Shown: positions 1 through 11,339 of the stretch, one piece after another | Numbering within the stretch: the stretch's first letter is position 1 | Layout: each line of letters opens with the position of its first letter | Origin: an uncultured Methanobrevibacter sp. | GTDB lineage: Archaea; Methanobacteriota; Methanobacteria; Methanobacteriales; Methanobacteriaceae | DNA: 32,000 bases | Assembly: GCA_946541845.1 (NCBI GenBank) | Contig: CAMNJW010000004.1 | Span: forward strand, 2,837-34,836 | Direction of reading: 5' to 3' | Notes under the pieces: model-generated | What the model was told of the DNA's origin: nothing | Seen by the model: only the letters and a program-made list of their open reading frames with translations | Databases searched by the model: none | Made by a program: the position numbers and the translations under genes

Positions 1-1615
1 CAAAACTTTTCAGGTATTCTTCATCGTTTTTCTCAGGATAGTCTATTCTGTAATGAGCACCCCTACTTTCTTTTCTAAGTAATGCGGATTGCACTATGAG
101 TTTGGCAAGTTTTATCATGCTTATTACTTCCAATGCAGTAACCAGTGAAGCGTTGTATTCATCATAATCAGGAACGTCCATATCATTAGTTTTTTCTTCA
201 AGATCGTTTAATTCTTTTTGTGCTTGTTTTAGACCATCTTCATCACGCACTATTGCAACGTATTTCCACATGATTTCTTTAATTTCGTCCTTAAGATCTT
301 CCGGTTTATATTTACCATCTTTGCGCAGAGATTTTATTCTTTCAATTTCATCTTTTATTTCGGATTCATCAGGACATTCCAGTTCGCTTTCCTGAGCACG
401 TTTTGATGACTGTTCACCTGCTATGTTACCAAATACCTGAGTATCAGCCAATGCATTTCCACCCAATCTGTTTGCACCATGTACCCCTGAAGTGGCTTCA
501 CCTGCTGCAAAAAGATTTTTTACATTGGATTCGCAGTTTCCATCTATTCGTATTCCACCCATAAAGTGATGGGCTGTTGGTGCAACTATCATAGGTTCGT
601 TGATTATATCGACACCAACATCCTTAAACTGTTGAACCATCGTGTGTAACTTCGTTTGTACCTGTTCTTCCGGAAGATGAGTTACAGAAAGATAAACTCC
701 ACCTTCTGGTGTTCCTCGCCCTTCCTGAATTTCTGTGTAAATTGATCTTGCAACTATATCTCTTGTAGCAAGTTCTTCCCTTGGATCATAATTAATCATG
801 AATCTTTCGCCTTCACTGTTAATTAGATGACCACCTTCTCCACGAACTGCTTCGGTAATCAGCACACCTCTTCGTGATTTTGGAGATACCATTCCAGTTG
901 GATGGAACTGAACCATTTCCATGTCCATCATGTCGGCTCCTGCATCATAGGCCATGACAATTCCATCACCGGTTTTTTGAACTGCATTTGAGGTGACAGG
1001 ATATAACCAGCCACAACCTCCAGAGGCAATTACTGTTGCCTTTGAATGATAGACCACTATTGATGAATCAGCCAATGAAAATCCCATGGCTCCCACTATT
1101 TTTGAATGTGATTGGTCAAAGAGCAATTTTGTAATCATTACTTCAGAGTGAGTTGTGACTCCTTCACGAATGATTTCCTCTTTTAATCCCAACATCATTT
1201 CATGACCTGTTTGATCACCTTTAAAACATGTACGACGACAGGATTGTCCTCCGAATGCTCTTTGATTTAATCTTCCATCTTCTTGTCTATCAAATAAACA
1301 TCCATAGGATTCCAGTTCTATAAATCTTTTTGGGGATTGAACAACCAATTCATGTACCAGATGCAAATCATTTAGAAATGCTCCTCCCTTTAATGTGTCC
1401 AATATATGTAATTGGAGGGAATCTGCTTCATCCACATATCCGAAAGCCGCATTATATCCTCCTTCTGCCAACATAGTACATCCAGACTTGAATGTTAAGC
1501 CTTTGGAAACCATGATTACGTTTTGACCGTTTTTACTTGCAACTATACCGCACTTACATCCTGCCCCTCCAGAGCCTATAACCAGCACGTCACAATTGTA
1601 TTCTTCCATTTTCAT
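1..1615 (-). CDS. tfrA: Fumarate reductase/succinate dehydrogenase flavoprotein subunit (thiol:fumarate reductase subunit A-like), C-terminus cut by window edge
   Basis: Reverse strand from 1615 reads MKMEEYNCDVLVIGSGGAGCKCGIVASKNGQNVIMVSKG (FAD Rossmann motif GSGGAG). The frame is still open at position 1 and contains the SRGAHYRIDYP segment typical of SdhA/FrdA. Not in the ORF track because it is truncated. Confidence 0.85.
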   Translation of the reverse strand, partial: MKMEEYNCDVLVIGSGGAGCKCGIVASKNGQNVIMVSKGLTFKSGCTMLAEGGYNAAFGYVDEADSLQLHILDTLKGGAFLNDLHLVHELVVQSPKRFIELESYGCLFDRQEDGRLNQRAFGGQSCRRTCFKGDQTGHEMMLGLKEEIIREGVTTHSEVMITKLLFDQSHSKIVGAMGFSLADSSIVVYHSKATVIASGGCGWLYPVTSNAVQKTGDGIVMAYDAGADMMDMEMVQFHPTGMVSPKSRRGVLITEAVRGEGGHLINSEGERFMINYDPREELATRDIVARSIYTEIQEGRGTPEGGVYLSVTHLPEEQVQTKLHTMVQQFKDVGVDIINEPMIVAPTAHHFMGGIRIDGNCESNVKNLFAAGEATSGVHGANRLGGNALADTQVFGNIAGEQSSKRAQESELECPDESEIKDEIERIKSLRKDGKYKPEDLKDEIKEIMWKYVAIVRDEDGLKQAQKELNDLEEKTNDMDVPDYDEYNASLVTALEVISMIKLAKLIVQSALLRKESRGAHYRIDYPEKNDEEYLKSF

Positions 1616-1626
1616 ATTTTCTCCCC

Positions 1627-2403
1627 CTATTTAACAATATTTTCTAAAATTCCTATATCTTCTATTCCGATTGTTATCACATCATCTTTCTTCAAATGAT
1701 CTATTCCTGGAGGCGTTCCCGTAGCAATTAAATCACCAGGATATAATGTCATAATATTTGAGATATATTCCACCAAATATTCAGGTGAAAAGATCATGTT
1801 TTTTGTGTTTGAATCCTGTTTAATTTCACCGTTTACTTTTGAATATATTCTCTGATTTAATGGGTTGATGTTTGTAACAATTACCGGACCTACCGGACAA
1901 AATGTGTCGAAACTTTTTGACCTTGTCCATTGTCCATCCTTTTCTTGAAGGTCTCTTGCAGTAACATCATTTATTATGGTATACGCTATTTTAAATGTGT
2001 CATTGTTCTTTCTGTTAATTTCTGAAAGTATAACTATTCCAAGCTCCGCTTCAAAATCCAATTTTTCGGTATCACCGGGATATACTATTTCTTCTTTGCT
2101 TGCAATGACACTTGAAGAAGGTTTCATAAAAAGCAATGGTTCGGAAGGAAGAGTCATTTCCAATTCATCCGCATGATTTTTATAGTTTAGACCCACACAC
2201 ACAACCTTTGTTGGATTCACAGGAGTTAGTATTTTCACATCATCAATATTAACATAACTTCCCTGAGCATATGTGTCTTTAAGAGTCTCTTCATTTTCAA
2301 TTGCTTCAACAATGGAAGAGTATTTTGTAGGATAAATCAGGTCATCCTCAAGTATCCCCACACATTCCTTTTCATCTGACGTTTCGTATCTGATATACTT
2401 CAT
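1627..2403 (-). CDS. Fumarylacetoacetate hydrolase (FAH) family protein
   Basis: 258 aa ORF with VGLNYKNHADEL, LDFEAELGIVI, NDVTARDLQ and GDLIATGTPPGI motifs characteristic of the FAH C-terminal domain family. Confidence 0.9.
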   Translation of the reverse strand: MKYIRYETSDEKECVGILEDDLIYPTKYSSIVEAIENEETLKDTYAQGSYVNIDDVKILTPVNPTKVVCVGLNYKNHADELEMTLPSEPLLFMKPSSSVIASKEEIVYPGDTEKLDFEAELGIVILSEINRKNNDTFKIAYTIINDVTARDLQEKDGQWTRSKSFDTFCPVGPVIVTNINPLNQRIYSKVNGEIKQDSNTKNMIFSPEYLVEYISNIMTLYPGDLIATGTPPGIDHLKKDDVITIGIEDIGILENIVK

Positions 2404-2421
2404 ATTAATCAGTAAAAATAA

Positions 2422-3285
2422 TTATTCCAATATTCTTTCAATAGGAACTACCAATACATCCTTTGCACCCAGTATTCGTAATTTGTTGATTGTTTCAAAA
2501 ACTTCTTTTTCTGAAATTACTGAATGTACCGCTACCATGTTTTCATTTCCGTATATTTCAGAAACTGTTGGACCACTCATTCCAGGCATTGCTTCTTGAA
2601 CTGATTGAAGATCTTCTTTTTTGACATTTGCCATGATTAATTTTTTTCCTTCAGCCTGAATTACTCCAATTATTCCTGTTTTAATTGCTTCTATTTTTTC
2701 ATAGTTATCCTTAATGCTGTCCTTATTTGCAATTAAAACAACGGAACTTTCAAGAATTGTGTCGATTTCATGAAGATGGTTCATTTTTAGAGTAGTTCCT
2801 GTACTTGTTAAATCAGAAATTACGTCTGCAACACCTATCAACGGAGCTACTTCTGTTGCTCCTGATAATGAAAATATTCTTGCAGAAATGTTTTTTTCTT
2901 CAAAGTATTCCTTAGTTAAATTTGGAAACTCAGTTGCTACCGTTGTAACTCTTTTTAAATCTTCTGCAGTTTTAAAATCAGAACTTTCCGGAGCTGCTAT
3001 TACAAGTCTTGTATGTCCAAAGTTTAAATCTTCCAAAACTTCCACATCTGCTCCATTTTCTTTTACCAGATCATAACCTGTTATTCCAATATCTGCTGCC
3101 CCGTCTTTGACATATTCAGGAATATCTGCAGCTCTTGTAAACATGACTGTTATTTCCGGATCAAATGTGTGTGAAAATAACTTTCTGTTGGAATTATCTA
3201 TTAATCCTATTCCTGCTTTTTCCAATATTTCTACTGCAGGACCACTAATTCTTCCTTTAGATGGTAATGCTATACGTACACCCAT
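2422..3285 (-). CDS. hisG: ATP phosphoribosyltransferase, long form
   Basis: 287 aa ORF beginning MGVRIALPSKGRISGPAVEILEKAGI, with DIGITGYDLV, VADVISDLTSTGTTLK and a C-terminal regulatory-type domain (GMSGPTVSEIY...VVPIERI). Confidence 0.95.
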   Translation of the reverse strand: MGVRIALPSKGRISGPAVEILEKAGIGLIDNSNRKLFSHTFDPEITVMFTRAADIPEYVKDGAADIGITGYDLVKENGADVEVLEDLNFGHTRLVIAAPESSDFKTAEDLKRVTTVATEFPNLTKEYFEEKNISARIFSLSGATEVAPLIGVADVISDLTSTGTTLKMNHLHEIDTILESSVVLIANKDSIKDNYEKIEAIKTGIIGVIQAEGKKLIMANVKKEDLQSVQEAMPGMSGPTVSEIYGNENMVAVHSVISEKEVFETINKLRILGAKDVLVVPIERILE

Positions 3286-3445
3286 TAAATTCCTCCTGTT
3301 GAATTATTAATAAATGATTAAAATTAATGAATTTTCTTTAACATATTATGGATTACTATTATTATTTATGTTTATCAAAATATAATATTATTATTAAAAA
3401 ATCATTAACAAAATATGAGATAATTATTATAACATTAATCAAAAG

Positions 3446-3856
3446 GTGTGTATGTTGATAGTGAATTTAAATGGTATTGTTAAATCAGGACTACAAAAAG
3501 CAGGAATGTTCATGCAAAAAGAAACTTACATGAAACAATATATGAAAAAGTTAGGTTTCATGCCATATAATGGAACATTGAATGTGAAATTGGAAAACGA
3601 TGTTGAAATAAATATCCAGGAAAAATATAATGAAAAACTCAAAATCATCAAGGGTGATGAAAACCTGGGTGATGTATATTTTTTAGAAGCCACAATATCA
3701 ACAAACGACAAAAAAAATTCTGAAACGGGAGCAATATTATTTCCTACAAAAACCGTGCATAAAATAGACACCCTTGAATTTGTAGCAAAGGATAAATTAA
3801 GAGAAAAAATGAATCTAAAAGACGATTCAAAGGTAATAATATCCATTCAAGATTAA
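3446..3856 (+). CDS. ribK: CTP-dependent riboflavin kinase (archaeal)
   Basis: Short ORF with GIVKSGLQKAGMFM...YMKKLGFMPYNGTLNVKL, matching the archaeal RibK (DUF120) pattern. Start may be the internal ATG. Confidence 0.85.
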   Translation: MCMLIVNLNGIVKSGLQKAGMFMQKETYMKQYMKKLGFMPYNGTLNVKLENDVEINIQEKYNEKLKIIKGDENLGDVYFLEATISTNDKKNSETGAILFPTKTVHKIDTLEFVAKDKLREKMNLKDDSKVIISIQD

Positions 3857-3977
3857 AATATATATTAAATATAAAACATAAATAATTATAACTATAATGT
3901 TAATCACTATTTGTATATCAGTTGGTTTAGCATTAACAGACAGATGAACATTTACACCGTATTCCTGGAGGGATACA

Positions 3978-4403
3978 ATGGCAAACGACTATGAACTGGT
4001 TACTAGTGCAACCGTCAACAAATCAATGTTAAGAAAAATTGGAGAAAATCAATACTTAAAAATAATACCACCAGAAAAAATAGTGCAAATTTCAACTATT
4101 GAACAAAATAAAATTACAGAACCAATCACACAAACAGATGAAACTATAATCGAAGCGTACCCTCAAGAAGTAAAATTATTTAGAAACCAAAGCAAAGATA
4201 CAAAATACGAAACAAAATGGCAAACATTGACTGGAGAAACATTTGAAATACCTGCTTCTGATATTAAGACTATATATTCACTCCTGAAAGCAAAAGGATT
4301 GGTGTTGGTTGACAACATGCTTAACTTATCAAATATACTAAGTATGATTATAAAACAAGACACGCTAGAAAAGAAATTAGAATCCATAAAAGAAGAAATA
4401 TAG
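3978..4403 (+). CDS. Hypothetical protein, no family recognised
   Basis: 141 aa ORF preceded by a strong GGAGG at about 3969, start ATG. Charged C-terminus (KQDTLEKKLESIKEEI). Confidence 0.7.
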   Translation: MANDYELVTSATVNKSMLRKIGENQYLKIIPPEKIVQISTIEQNKITEPITQTDETIIEAYPQEVKLFRNQSKDTKYETKWQTLTGETFEIPASDIKTIYSLLKAKGLVLVDNMLNLSNILSMIIKQDTLEKKLESIKEEI

Positions 4404-4421
4404 GGTTTCTAAACGATAATA

Positions 4422-4451
4422 TCTAAAGAATTAACCCCATTTTTCTTTAGA
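4422..4451. terminator. Inverted repeat/hairpin between convergent genes
   Basis: Perfect 9-bp inverted repeat TCTAAAGAA (4422-4430) / TTCTTTAGA (4443-4451) with 12-nt loop. Confidence 0.5.
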
Positions 4452-4465
4452 ATCTACTTTTTAAC

Positions 4466-4502
4466 CTGTAGAAAAAACAAGAAAAGTTCATTAATTCTAC
4501 AG
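4466..4502. terminator. Second inverted repeat/hairpin between convergent genes
   Basis: Perfect 8-bp inverted repeat CTGTAGAA (4466-4473) / TTCTACAG (4495-4502), followed by a T-rich run on the + strand. Confidence 0.5.
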
Positions 4503-4518
4503 ACTACTTTTTTTAATA

Positions 4519-6030
4519 TTATTTTTTGTAAATATCAACTATCTGTTCAAAAGTCAGGTAATCCCTGAACTTAGGAACTTCAGCCAATTCAACAAATTTC
4601 ATTACATCCAAATCTTTATTCACCACATCCTTGGCAGCCTGGGTGAACTTTTCCAATTGGAGGTAATCTTCAGGAACACGCCCCTTATTTTCCACTTTTG
4701 CCTTGCTAATGCTCCATATATTTTCCTTACTTATGCCTGATTTTGCAGATAGGAAGTCACTTACATGTGAAACAATTTTTTCATCATATGTCCTGTTTAA
4801 TATTATTCCTTTGGTATTTATATTCATCTTATTGAGTAATCTGATGTGTGCTTCTATGTCTATGGCGGCAGTTTCAATTCCACCCTTGCTGACACTTGAA
4901 ACCATTATGACAGGAATGTTACCTGCATATGCTATTTCGGCAGTTGAATATGGAACTTTTTCATTCAACAAACCGGTCGCTGCACTCATCACACCCTCTA
5001 CAAGTACCAGATCATAACCTTTTCCCTTGACATTTTCAATGACTTCATCCAATGGTGTCCATCCAATATCTCCTATTTTTATTGAAGCATAGTCATGCAA
5101 TTTTTCTTTATTCATATATAATGATGGAGACAAATCTCTGATGTCGGGACCGACTTTAACTACATAGGTATGAATTCCCCTTTCACGTAAGGCTCCTACA
5201 ATTCCACTTGCCAGGAATGTTTTTCCCGATTCTGAACCCGTACCCATCAACATTATCATTGGAGGTACTTCAGGATGTTCTTTTTTAGGAGTATAGAAAT
5301 TATTGGTGTTTACTGCAATTTCACTGAAAACCTTCTCATGAAGTTTTTTGTTTTTTTCGATAATTTCATCATATTGATCTTTGGCATCCAGATAATCAAG
5401 AATATTGTTTACAATTGCCTGATTGTTATCTAAAAGGCCGTGGATGGTAGTTCCAAGAATATTTCCCTTCTTGTTGCTTACTCCGGACAATACCCTTGAT
5501 GGCTTATGCATATAGTTTGCCCTTACAATATTGGAATACATTACGTTCTTATCGTTTGATTCGATTTTTCCGTATGTATGACAGTGAAATCCTGTTACTG
5601 TGGTGTCCTTTAAACCTTTGGTAAACAATGTGGTGTCATCTACAACATCTGCATTTACCTTGTTGGTGTTTATTAGTGGTTCGAAAGTGACATCAAGCAA
5701 TCCTAATCCTTCACGTATTACAGGTACAGGTGAATTTCTGCCCACATCCGTTTGTTTGGCCAGAATTTGGAAACCTGCACACATACCAAGGATAAATCCA
5801 TCATTATCATTTATTAAATTGATTTCCTCAGCCAGTTGTGGAGTTAATGATTCGGATTCCATGATGGTTCCACCAGGAATTATTAAACCATCCAACTCTT
5901 CGTGGGCTTTTTTTCCGTTTTCTATTGTTCCATCAGATTTCACGACATTTGTTGGCAAATGTCCAAAATGTTCATATAATGTTAGAACACCATCTACTTC
6001 TAATATTCCTATTTTAACCATAAAATTCAT
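4519..6030 (-). CDS. CobQ/CobB-like protein with N-terminal class-I-type glutamine amidotransferase and C-terminal dethiobiotin-synthetase-like P-loop domain
   Basis: 503 aa. N-term GLIIPGG...GFILGMCAGFQILA...GFHCHTYG...GNILGTTIHGLLDN. C-term MIMLMGTGSESGKTFLASGIVGAL (P-loop), YDLVLVEGVMSAATG, IPVIMVSSVSKGG. Confidence 0.8.
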   Translation of the reverse strand: MNFMVKIGILEVDGVLTLYEHFGHLPTNVVKSDGTIENGKKAHEELDGLIIPGGTIMESESLTPQLAEEINLINDNDGFILGMCAGFQILAKQTDVGRNSPVPVIREGLGLLDVTFEPLINTNKVNADVVDDTTLFTKGLKDTTVTGFHCHTYGKIESNDKNVMYSNIVRANYMHKPSRVLSGVSNKKGNILGTTIHGLLDNNQAIVNNILDYLDAKDQYDEIIEKNKKLHEKVFSEIAVNTNNFYTPKKEHPEVPPMIMLMGTGSESGKTFLASGIVGALRERGIHTYVVKVGPDIRDLSPSLYMNKEKLHDYASIKIGDIGWTPLDEVIENVKGKGYDLVLVEGVMSAATGLLNEKVPYSTAEIAYAGNIPVIMVSSVSKGGIETAAIDIEAHIRLLNKMNINTKGIILNRTYDEKIVSHVSDFLSAKSGISKENIWSISKAKVENKGRVPEDYLQLEKFTQAAKDVVNKDLDVMKFVELAEVPKFRDYLTFEQIVDIYKK

Positions 6031-6147
6031 CCATGTAGTTTTTAAATATCTACTAATATTTTGTTGAAAGTAGTATAAAGTTATATTTAAAATAAAATGT
6101 AAAAAAAGTTAAAATTTAGTAAAAATAATTTAAAAATAAAAAGTTAA

Positions 6148-6219
6148 TGCCCTGACGGGGATTTGAACCCCGGTAAAGGGATCCGCAGTCCCTCGTGATA
6201 TCCGCTACACTACCAAGGC
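6148..6219 (-). tRNA. tRNA-Arg (anticodon GCG)
   Basis: Reverse complement GCCTTGGTAGTGTAGCGGATATCACGAGGGACTGCGGATCCCTTTACCGGGGTTCAAATCCCCGTCAGGGCA. 7-bp acceptor GCCTTGG/TCAGGGC, anticodon stem AGGGA/TCCCT with loop CTGCGGA, T arm CGGGG-TTCAAAT-CCCCG. No encoded CCA, 72 nt. Confidence 0.93.
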
Positions 6220-6236
6220 ATATCAAAAATAATATG

Positions 6237-6246
6237 CTATAAAATA
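6237..6246 (-). promoter_or_regulatory. Putative archaeal TATA box for tRNA-Arg
   Basis: TATTTTATAG on the minus strand about 18-27 nt upstream of the tRNA 5' end. The region is AT-rich overall, so specificity is limited. Confidence 0.35.
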
Positions 6247-6324
6247 CTAATTGTATTTTTATAGTTTATTAATATTAAATTTTTCGTTTGTAACTATAAA
6301 AAAATGGAATATAATTAGAATTAT

Positions 6325-9186
6325 TTATTCTAAGTATATTGCCGGTTTGTAAGGAGCAGCATTAACTGCCTTATTTTGTGGGTCATATGTTGGTTCAGAA
6401 TAAACTTCTATTTTAGCATTGATTTCGCTTTCCAAATACTCTTTGGCATCTTCAATTATTGAAACTTCATCAATTTTTCCAACATAGTTAATTTTGTTAA
6501 ATGATTTACCTGCTTTTGTTGCAAATTTGGATAGTTCTTTTTTGTTATCATGTAAATTTGCCTTCATGGATCTTCCTATTATTTCACCAATATTTGGTTT
6601 TCCAACTTCCTGTGCAATATCATAGACTTTGTATTTCCATTCAGGAGCTGTGTATAAATGTACTGTTTCAGGATTTGCATTGGTTATTTTGATGATTTCC
6701 TTAATGTCTTTGGCTAAATCCTGAATTATCTCTTCACCTTTTTCTATGGAGACATCTATTACTGATTCATCAGCTTTTGGCCATGCAATGGATGATATGA
6801 AAGTGTCATCATCATTGTATTTGTCCCATATTTCTTCGGTTGTGTACGGTACGAATGGGGATAATAATCTGATCCATGTGTTTACTATGTAAGTCAATGT
6901 TTCTTTTTCTTCCTCTTCGATTGTGGTAATTCTGTTTAGGTAATAGTCAACATCTTTTCTGAAGAGGAATAAACTTGCCTGTAATGCTTTTCTTGTTTGG
7001 AATCCTTCAAGGGCTTCTGTAGCTTCTCCGATTTTTTGGTTTATCTGACTGATAATCCATTTGTTGATTGGTTTTTCAACGGAAGGTATTTTATTATCCA
7101 TGGATAATTTTAATTTTTCTCCTGTTAATGATTCGATTTTTTCAGGGAATTCCTGGATTAACTCTAACCTTCTTTGGATACCATTAACTTCTTTTTCTCT
7201 CCAATCGAAATCTTGCCATGGTTCTGCTGAAGACATTAAGAATAATCTTACTGTGTCGGCACCATATTTGTCAATTGCTTCACTAAGCAGGATTACATTT
7301 CCTTTTGATGAGGACATTTTTTGTCCTTCTAACAATCCCATACCGAAGACTGTTATTCCTTTAGGCCAGTATTCTTTAGGGAATATGGCTGCATGGTGGA
7401 ACATGTGGAATGAGAGGTGGTTTCCAACAAGGTCTTTAGCTGACAGTCTCCAATTTAATGGGTACCAGTAATTGAATTCTTTTTGAATTTGTTCTGTTAA
7501 TTCAGGATCTATTTTATTTACTGAACCGTCATTTGCACCATCCTGATTTAGGAATACCTTGTTGAAGAATGCATCGTTTAAATCTTCAGGATTTATGTCT
7601 TTCATGTATTTTGCTATGGTGTAATAGGACATGTAGATTGTTGAATCTGTTAATGGTTCTATTAACCATTTTTCATCCCATGGCATGTGGGTACCAAGAC
7701 CTAATCTTCTTGAACATGCCCAGTCTTCAAGCCATCCGAGGTAGTATTCAAAGTTTGCTTTTAATTCCTTAGGAACTACTTCAACCTGGTCAAGACATTC
7801 GTAGGTTTTCTTTGTCCATTCTTCATCAGAGTATTTAACAAACCATTGATCATCCAATTCTTTTACAACACATTTTGCTCCGCAACGACATATAACTGGT
7901 TTTTCTGCAAATTCATATAATTTGTCTGCGATGTTTTCGTCTATTAATTTTTCTATGACTTCATCACGTACATCTGCAACACGTTTTCCTTCGAATTCTC
8001 CGGTGTTTTCATTCATTATACCTTTTGCATGTTCTGTCTTATATGCTTCGTTGGTAGCGTCTTTGAGTTTTTCATCTTCCTGACTTTCAACGTTGAATTG
8101 TTTGATGAAATCTACAGCAGGGAATTCAGAGTATCCTTTTAGTTTTACAAGACTAATCATTTTTATGTTGTCTATTTGTTCCTGTAAACCGTATTTCTCG
8201 ATTAGTTCTTTGTTGTTTTTAATGTCTTCAAGTGCAATGTAATCTGCAGGTGCGTGTGCAGGTACTGAAAATACTACTCCTGTAGCATAATCTGGGTTAA
8301 CAAATGATGCTGGGAAAATTGGTAATGGGTCGTTTGTTAATGGATTTGTTACGTATTTTCCAATGAAATCTTTTGGATCCACATCTTCAATGATTTCCAT
8401 TGATTCTTTTTGGTGAATGATATTAGCAAATGATTCTTTGCTTATTATCCATTTTTCATCGTTGTATTTTACCCTTACATATTCTTCATCAGGATTTAGC
8501 CAGAAGTTTGTTGCTCCATATAAGGTTTCTGGTCTGAATGTTGCTGCTACCAGGTAGTCGTCTTCACATGGGAATTTAATTAATGTTAATTCGTTTATTC
8601 CTACGCCTTCCCCTTCAAGCAAGTCATGATCTCCCACAGGGTTCTCATCTGATGGACAGTATTTTACAGGGTGTGATCCTTTTCTTATTAAGTCTTTATC
8701 CTTAAGTTGTCTTATTTGCCATCTTACAAATTGTTTGTAGTGTGGATCGATTGTTCTGAATTCTCTTCTCCAGTCAATTGAATATCCCATGTGTGTCATA
8801 TCTTCATGATATTCTGAACTGAAATATTTTACTATGTATTCAGGATCAACGAATTTTGCCAATTCGTCTTCAGGTACTTGATGTACGTTTTTGTAGATGT
8901 CCAATGTCCATGGGTCTTGTCTTTCTATCCTTTTAGCAATTCCAACTACAGGTGCACCTGTTACGTGCCATGCCATTGGAAAGAGCACATTGTATCCCTG
9001 CATTCTTTTAAATCTTGCATATACATCTGGAACTGTGTATGTTCTTCCGTGACCTACGTGCATTGCACCACTAGGATATGGGAATGCTACTGTTACGTAC
9101 ATTTTTTCTCTATCATCCGGATTTGATTCGAATAATTTTTCTTCTTGCCATTTCTTTTGCCATTTCTTTTCTAATTCGGAAACCAT
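6325..9186 (-). CDS. leuS: Leucyl-tRNA synthetase (archaeal type)
   Basis: 953 aa with [26 protein letters not shown] (HIGH-type signature), [29 protein letters not shown] and KMSSSKGNV (KMSKS-type). Confidence 0.97.
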   Translation of the reverse strand: MVSELEKKWQKKWQEEKLFESNPDDREKMYVTVAFPYPSGAMHVGHGRTYTVPDVYARFKRMQGYNVLFPMAWHVTGAPVVGIAKRIERQDPWTLDIYKNVHQVPEDELAKFVDPEYIVKYFSSEYHEDMTHMGYSIDWRREFRTIDPHYKQFVRWQIRQLKDKDLIRKGSHPVKYCPSDENPVGDHDLLEGEGVGINELTLIKFPCEDDYLVAATFRPETLYGATNFWLNPDEEYVRVKYNDEKWIISKESFANIIHQKESMEIIEDVDPKDFIGKYVTNPLTNDPLPIFPASFVNPDYATGVVFSVPAHAPADYIALEDIKNNKELIEKYGLQEQIDNIKMISLVKLKGYSEFPAVDFIKQFNVESQEDEKLKDATNEAYKTEHAKGIMNENTGEFEGKRVADVRDEVIEKLIDENIADKLYEFAEKPVICRCGAKCVVKELDDQWFVKYSDEEWTKKTYECLDQVEVVPKELKANFEYYLGWLEDWACSRRLGLGTHMPWDEKWLIEPLTDSTIYMSYYTIAKYMKDINPEDLNDAFFNKVFLNQDGANDGSVNKIDPELTEQIQKEFNYWYPLNWRLSAKDLVGNHLSFHMFHHAAIFPKEYWPKGITVFGMGLLEGQKMSSSKGNVILLSEAIDKYGADTVRLFLMSSAEPWQDFDWREKEVNGIQRRLELIQEFPEKIESLTGEKLKLSMDNKIPSVEKPINKWIISQINQKIGEATEALEGFQTRKALQASLFLFRKDVDYYLNRITTIEEEEKETLTYIVNTWIRLLSPFVPYTTEEIWDKYNDDDTFISSIAWPKADESVIDVSIEKGEEIIQDLAKDIKEIIKITNANPETVHLYTAPEWKYKVYDIAQEVGKPNIGEIIGRSMKANLHDNKKELSKFATKAGKSFNKINYVGKIDEVSIIEDAKEYLESEINAKIEVYSEPTYDPQNKAVNAAPYKPAIYLE

Positions 9187-9327
9187 TAGATTAAACTCCC
9201 TGTTTAATTATTTGATTATTAAATGAAAATAATTACGATTGTTTATAATATTAATATTTATATCACTTACAATATTTTAATTTAATCATAATATATTATA
9301 AAAAAAGTGTGGTGGTGAATTCATTTC

Positions 9328-10122
9328 TTATTTAAGAAATATTGGTGGAGTATCCCTTTTATGTTGAGAATTCTTGTTTAGATTGATTATTCGCTCCACT
9401 TCAGTAATATCTAACCCTAACTTTTTGGAAATTTCCTCTTCATCATTATTCTCATCAAGATAGAGGTACAATAATCTGTCAAGTACGTGATATGTCATAC
9501 CCAATTCCTTTTCATCCGTTTGATTAGGCAAAAGACCTGCCGTTGGTGGTTTTTCTATTATTTGTTCGGGAACACCTAATTCCTTTGCAACTGCCATCAC
9601 TTCTTCCTTGTACAAATCACCTATTGGAAGCATGTCCACTCCGCCATCACCGTGTTTTGTAAAGTATCCTACATTTAGCTCTGTTTTATTTCCTGTTCCT
9701 ATTACAAGTGATTTGTAAATTGTTGCATAATAATATAATATGGTCATTCTTAATCTTGGCTTTACATTTGAAGTTGCCAATGCAAGGTTGTTGTCTGGCT
9801 GTCCTTCATTAGAGAGTTCTTTCATGATGTTTTCATGAATTTCATCTATGCATATGCTTTCCCCTTCAATTTTAAGTTTTTCTTGAACTAGCTTTGCATC
9901 GTCTAAATCCTGTTGTGATGTTGTTTTTGTTGGAAGTATGTATCCTCTGACATTTGAGGAACCCAAAGCCTTAACTGCCAGGTATGCTACTACTGCAGAA
10001 TCTATTCCACCACTTAATCCCAGAACCACCCCGGTACAATGTGCATTTTTAACTTTTTCTTTTATAAAATCACATACGTTTTCAATGAAAATCTTAGCAT
10101 CAAAATCAGGTAAATCTATCAT
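9328..10122 (-). CDS. nadE: NH3-dependent NAD+ synthetase
   Basis: 264 aa with GLSGGIDSAVVAYLAVKALG (PP-loop SGGxDS), RLRMTILYYYA, GTGNKTELNVGYFTKHGDGGVD, PPTAGLLPNQTDEKELG. Confidence 0.97.
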   Translation of the reverse strand: MIDLPDFDAKIFIENVCDFIKEKVKNAHCTGVVLGLSGGIDSAVVAYLAVKALGSSNVRGYILPTKTTSQQDLDDAKLVQEKLKIEGESICIDEIHENIMKELSNEGQPDNNLALATSNVKPRLRMTILYYYATIYKSLVIGTGNKTELNVGYFTKHGDGGVDMLPIGDLYKEEVMAVAKELGVPEQIIEKPPTAGLLPNQTDEKELGMTYHVLDRLLYLYLDENNDEEEISKKLGLDITEVERIINLNKNSQHKRDTPPIFLK

Positions 10123-10302
10123 ATCCTTTCATTCCAAATAGTTAATTAATGATAAATTTCTTTTTTATCAATAATATAATTAATGAAAATATTAAAATAA
10201 CAAAAGTTTATTAAATTAGAATGATAAAATATTATTAATAAAATATATGAAAAAACATGAAAAAAATATAAAAAAATACATTTTAATTAAACTAGGAGGT
10301 AA

Positions 10303-11289
<987 letters not shown>

Positions 11290-11339
11290 AATTTCATCCC
11301 CCCACCTTTTTTTTAAAAAATAAATATAAAAAAATAGAA

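Noticed and set aside
3286-3445. AT-rich ATTATT-type runs considered as a repeat or riboswitch
   Set aside because: Low-complexity AT sequence is typical of all intergenic regions here; no conserved aptamer-like stems seen.
5600-6067. 155-aa + strand ORF antisense to the CobQ-like gene (also 4703-5017)
   Set aside because: Shadow ORF on the reverse of conserved amidotransferase motifs.
7061-7471. 136-aa + strand ORF antisense to leuS (also 7569-7772, 8878-9126, 6501-6692)
   Set aside because: Antisense to a very strong leuS call, no recognisable motifs or credible translation signals.
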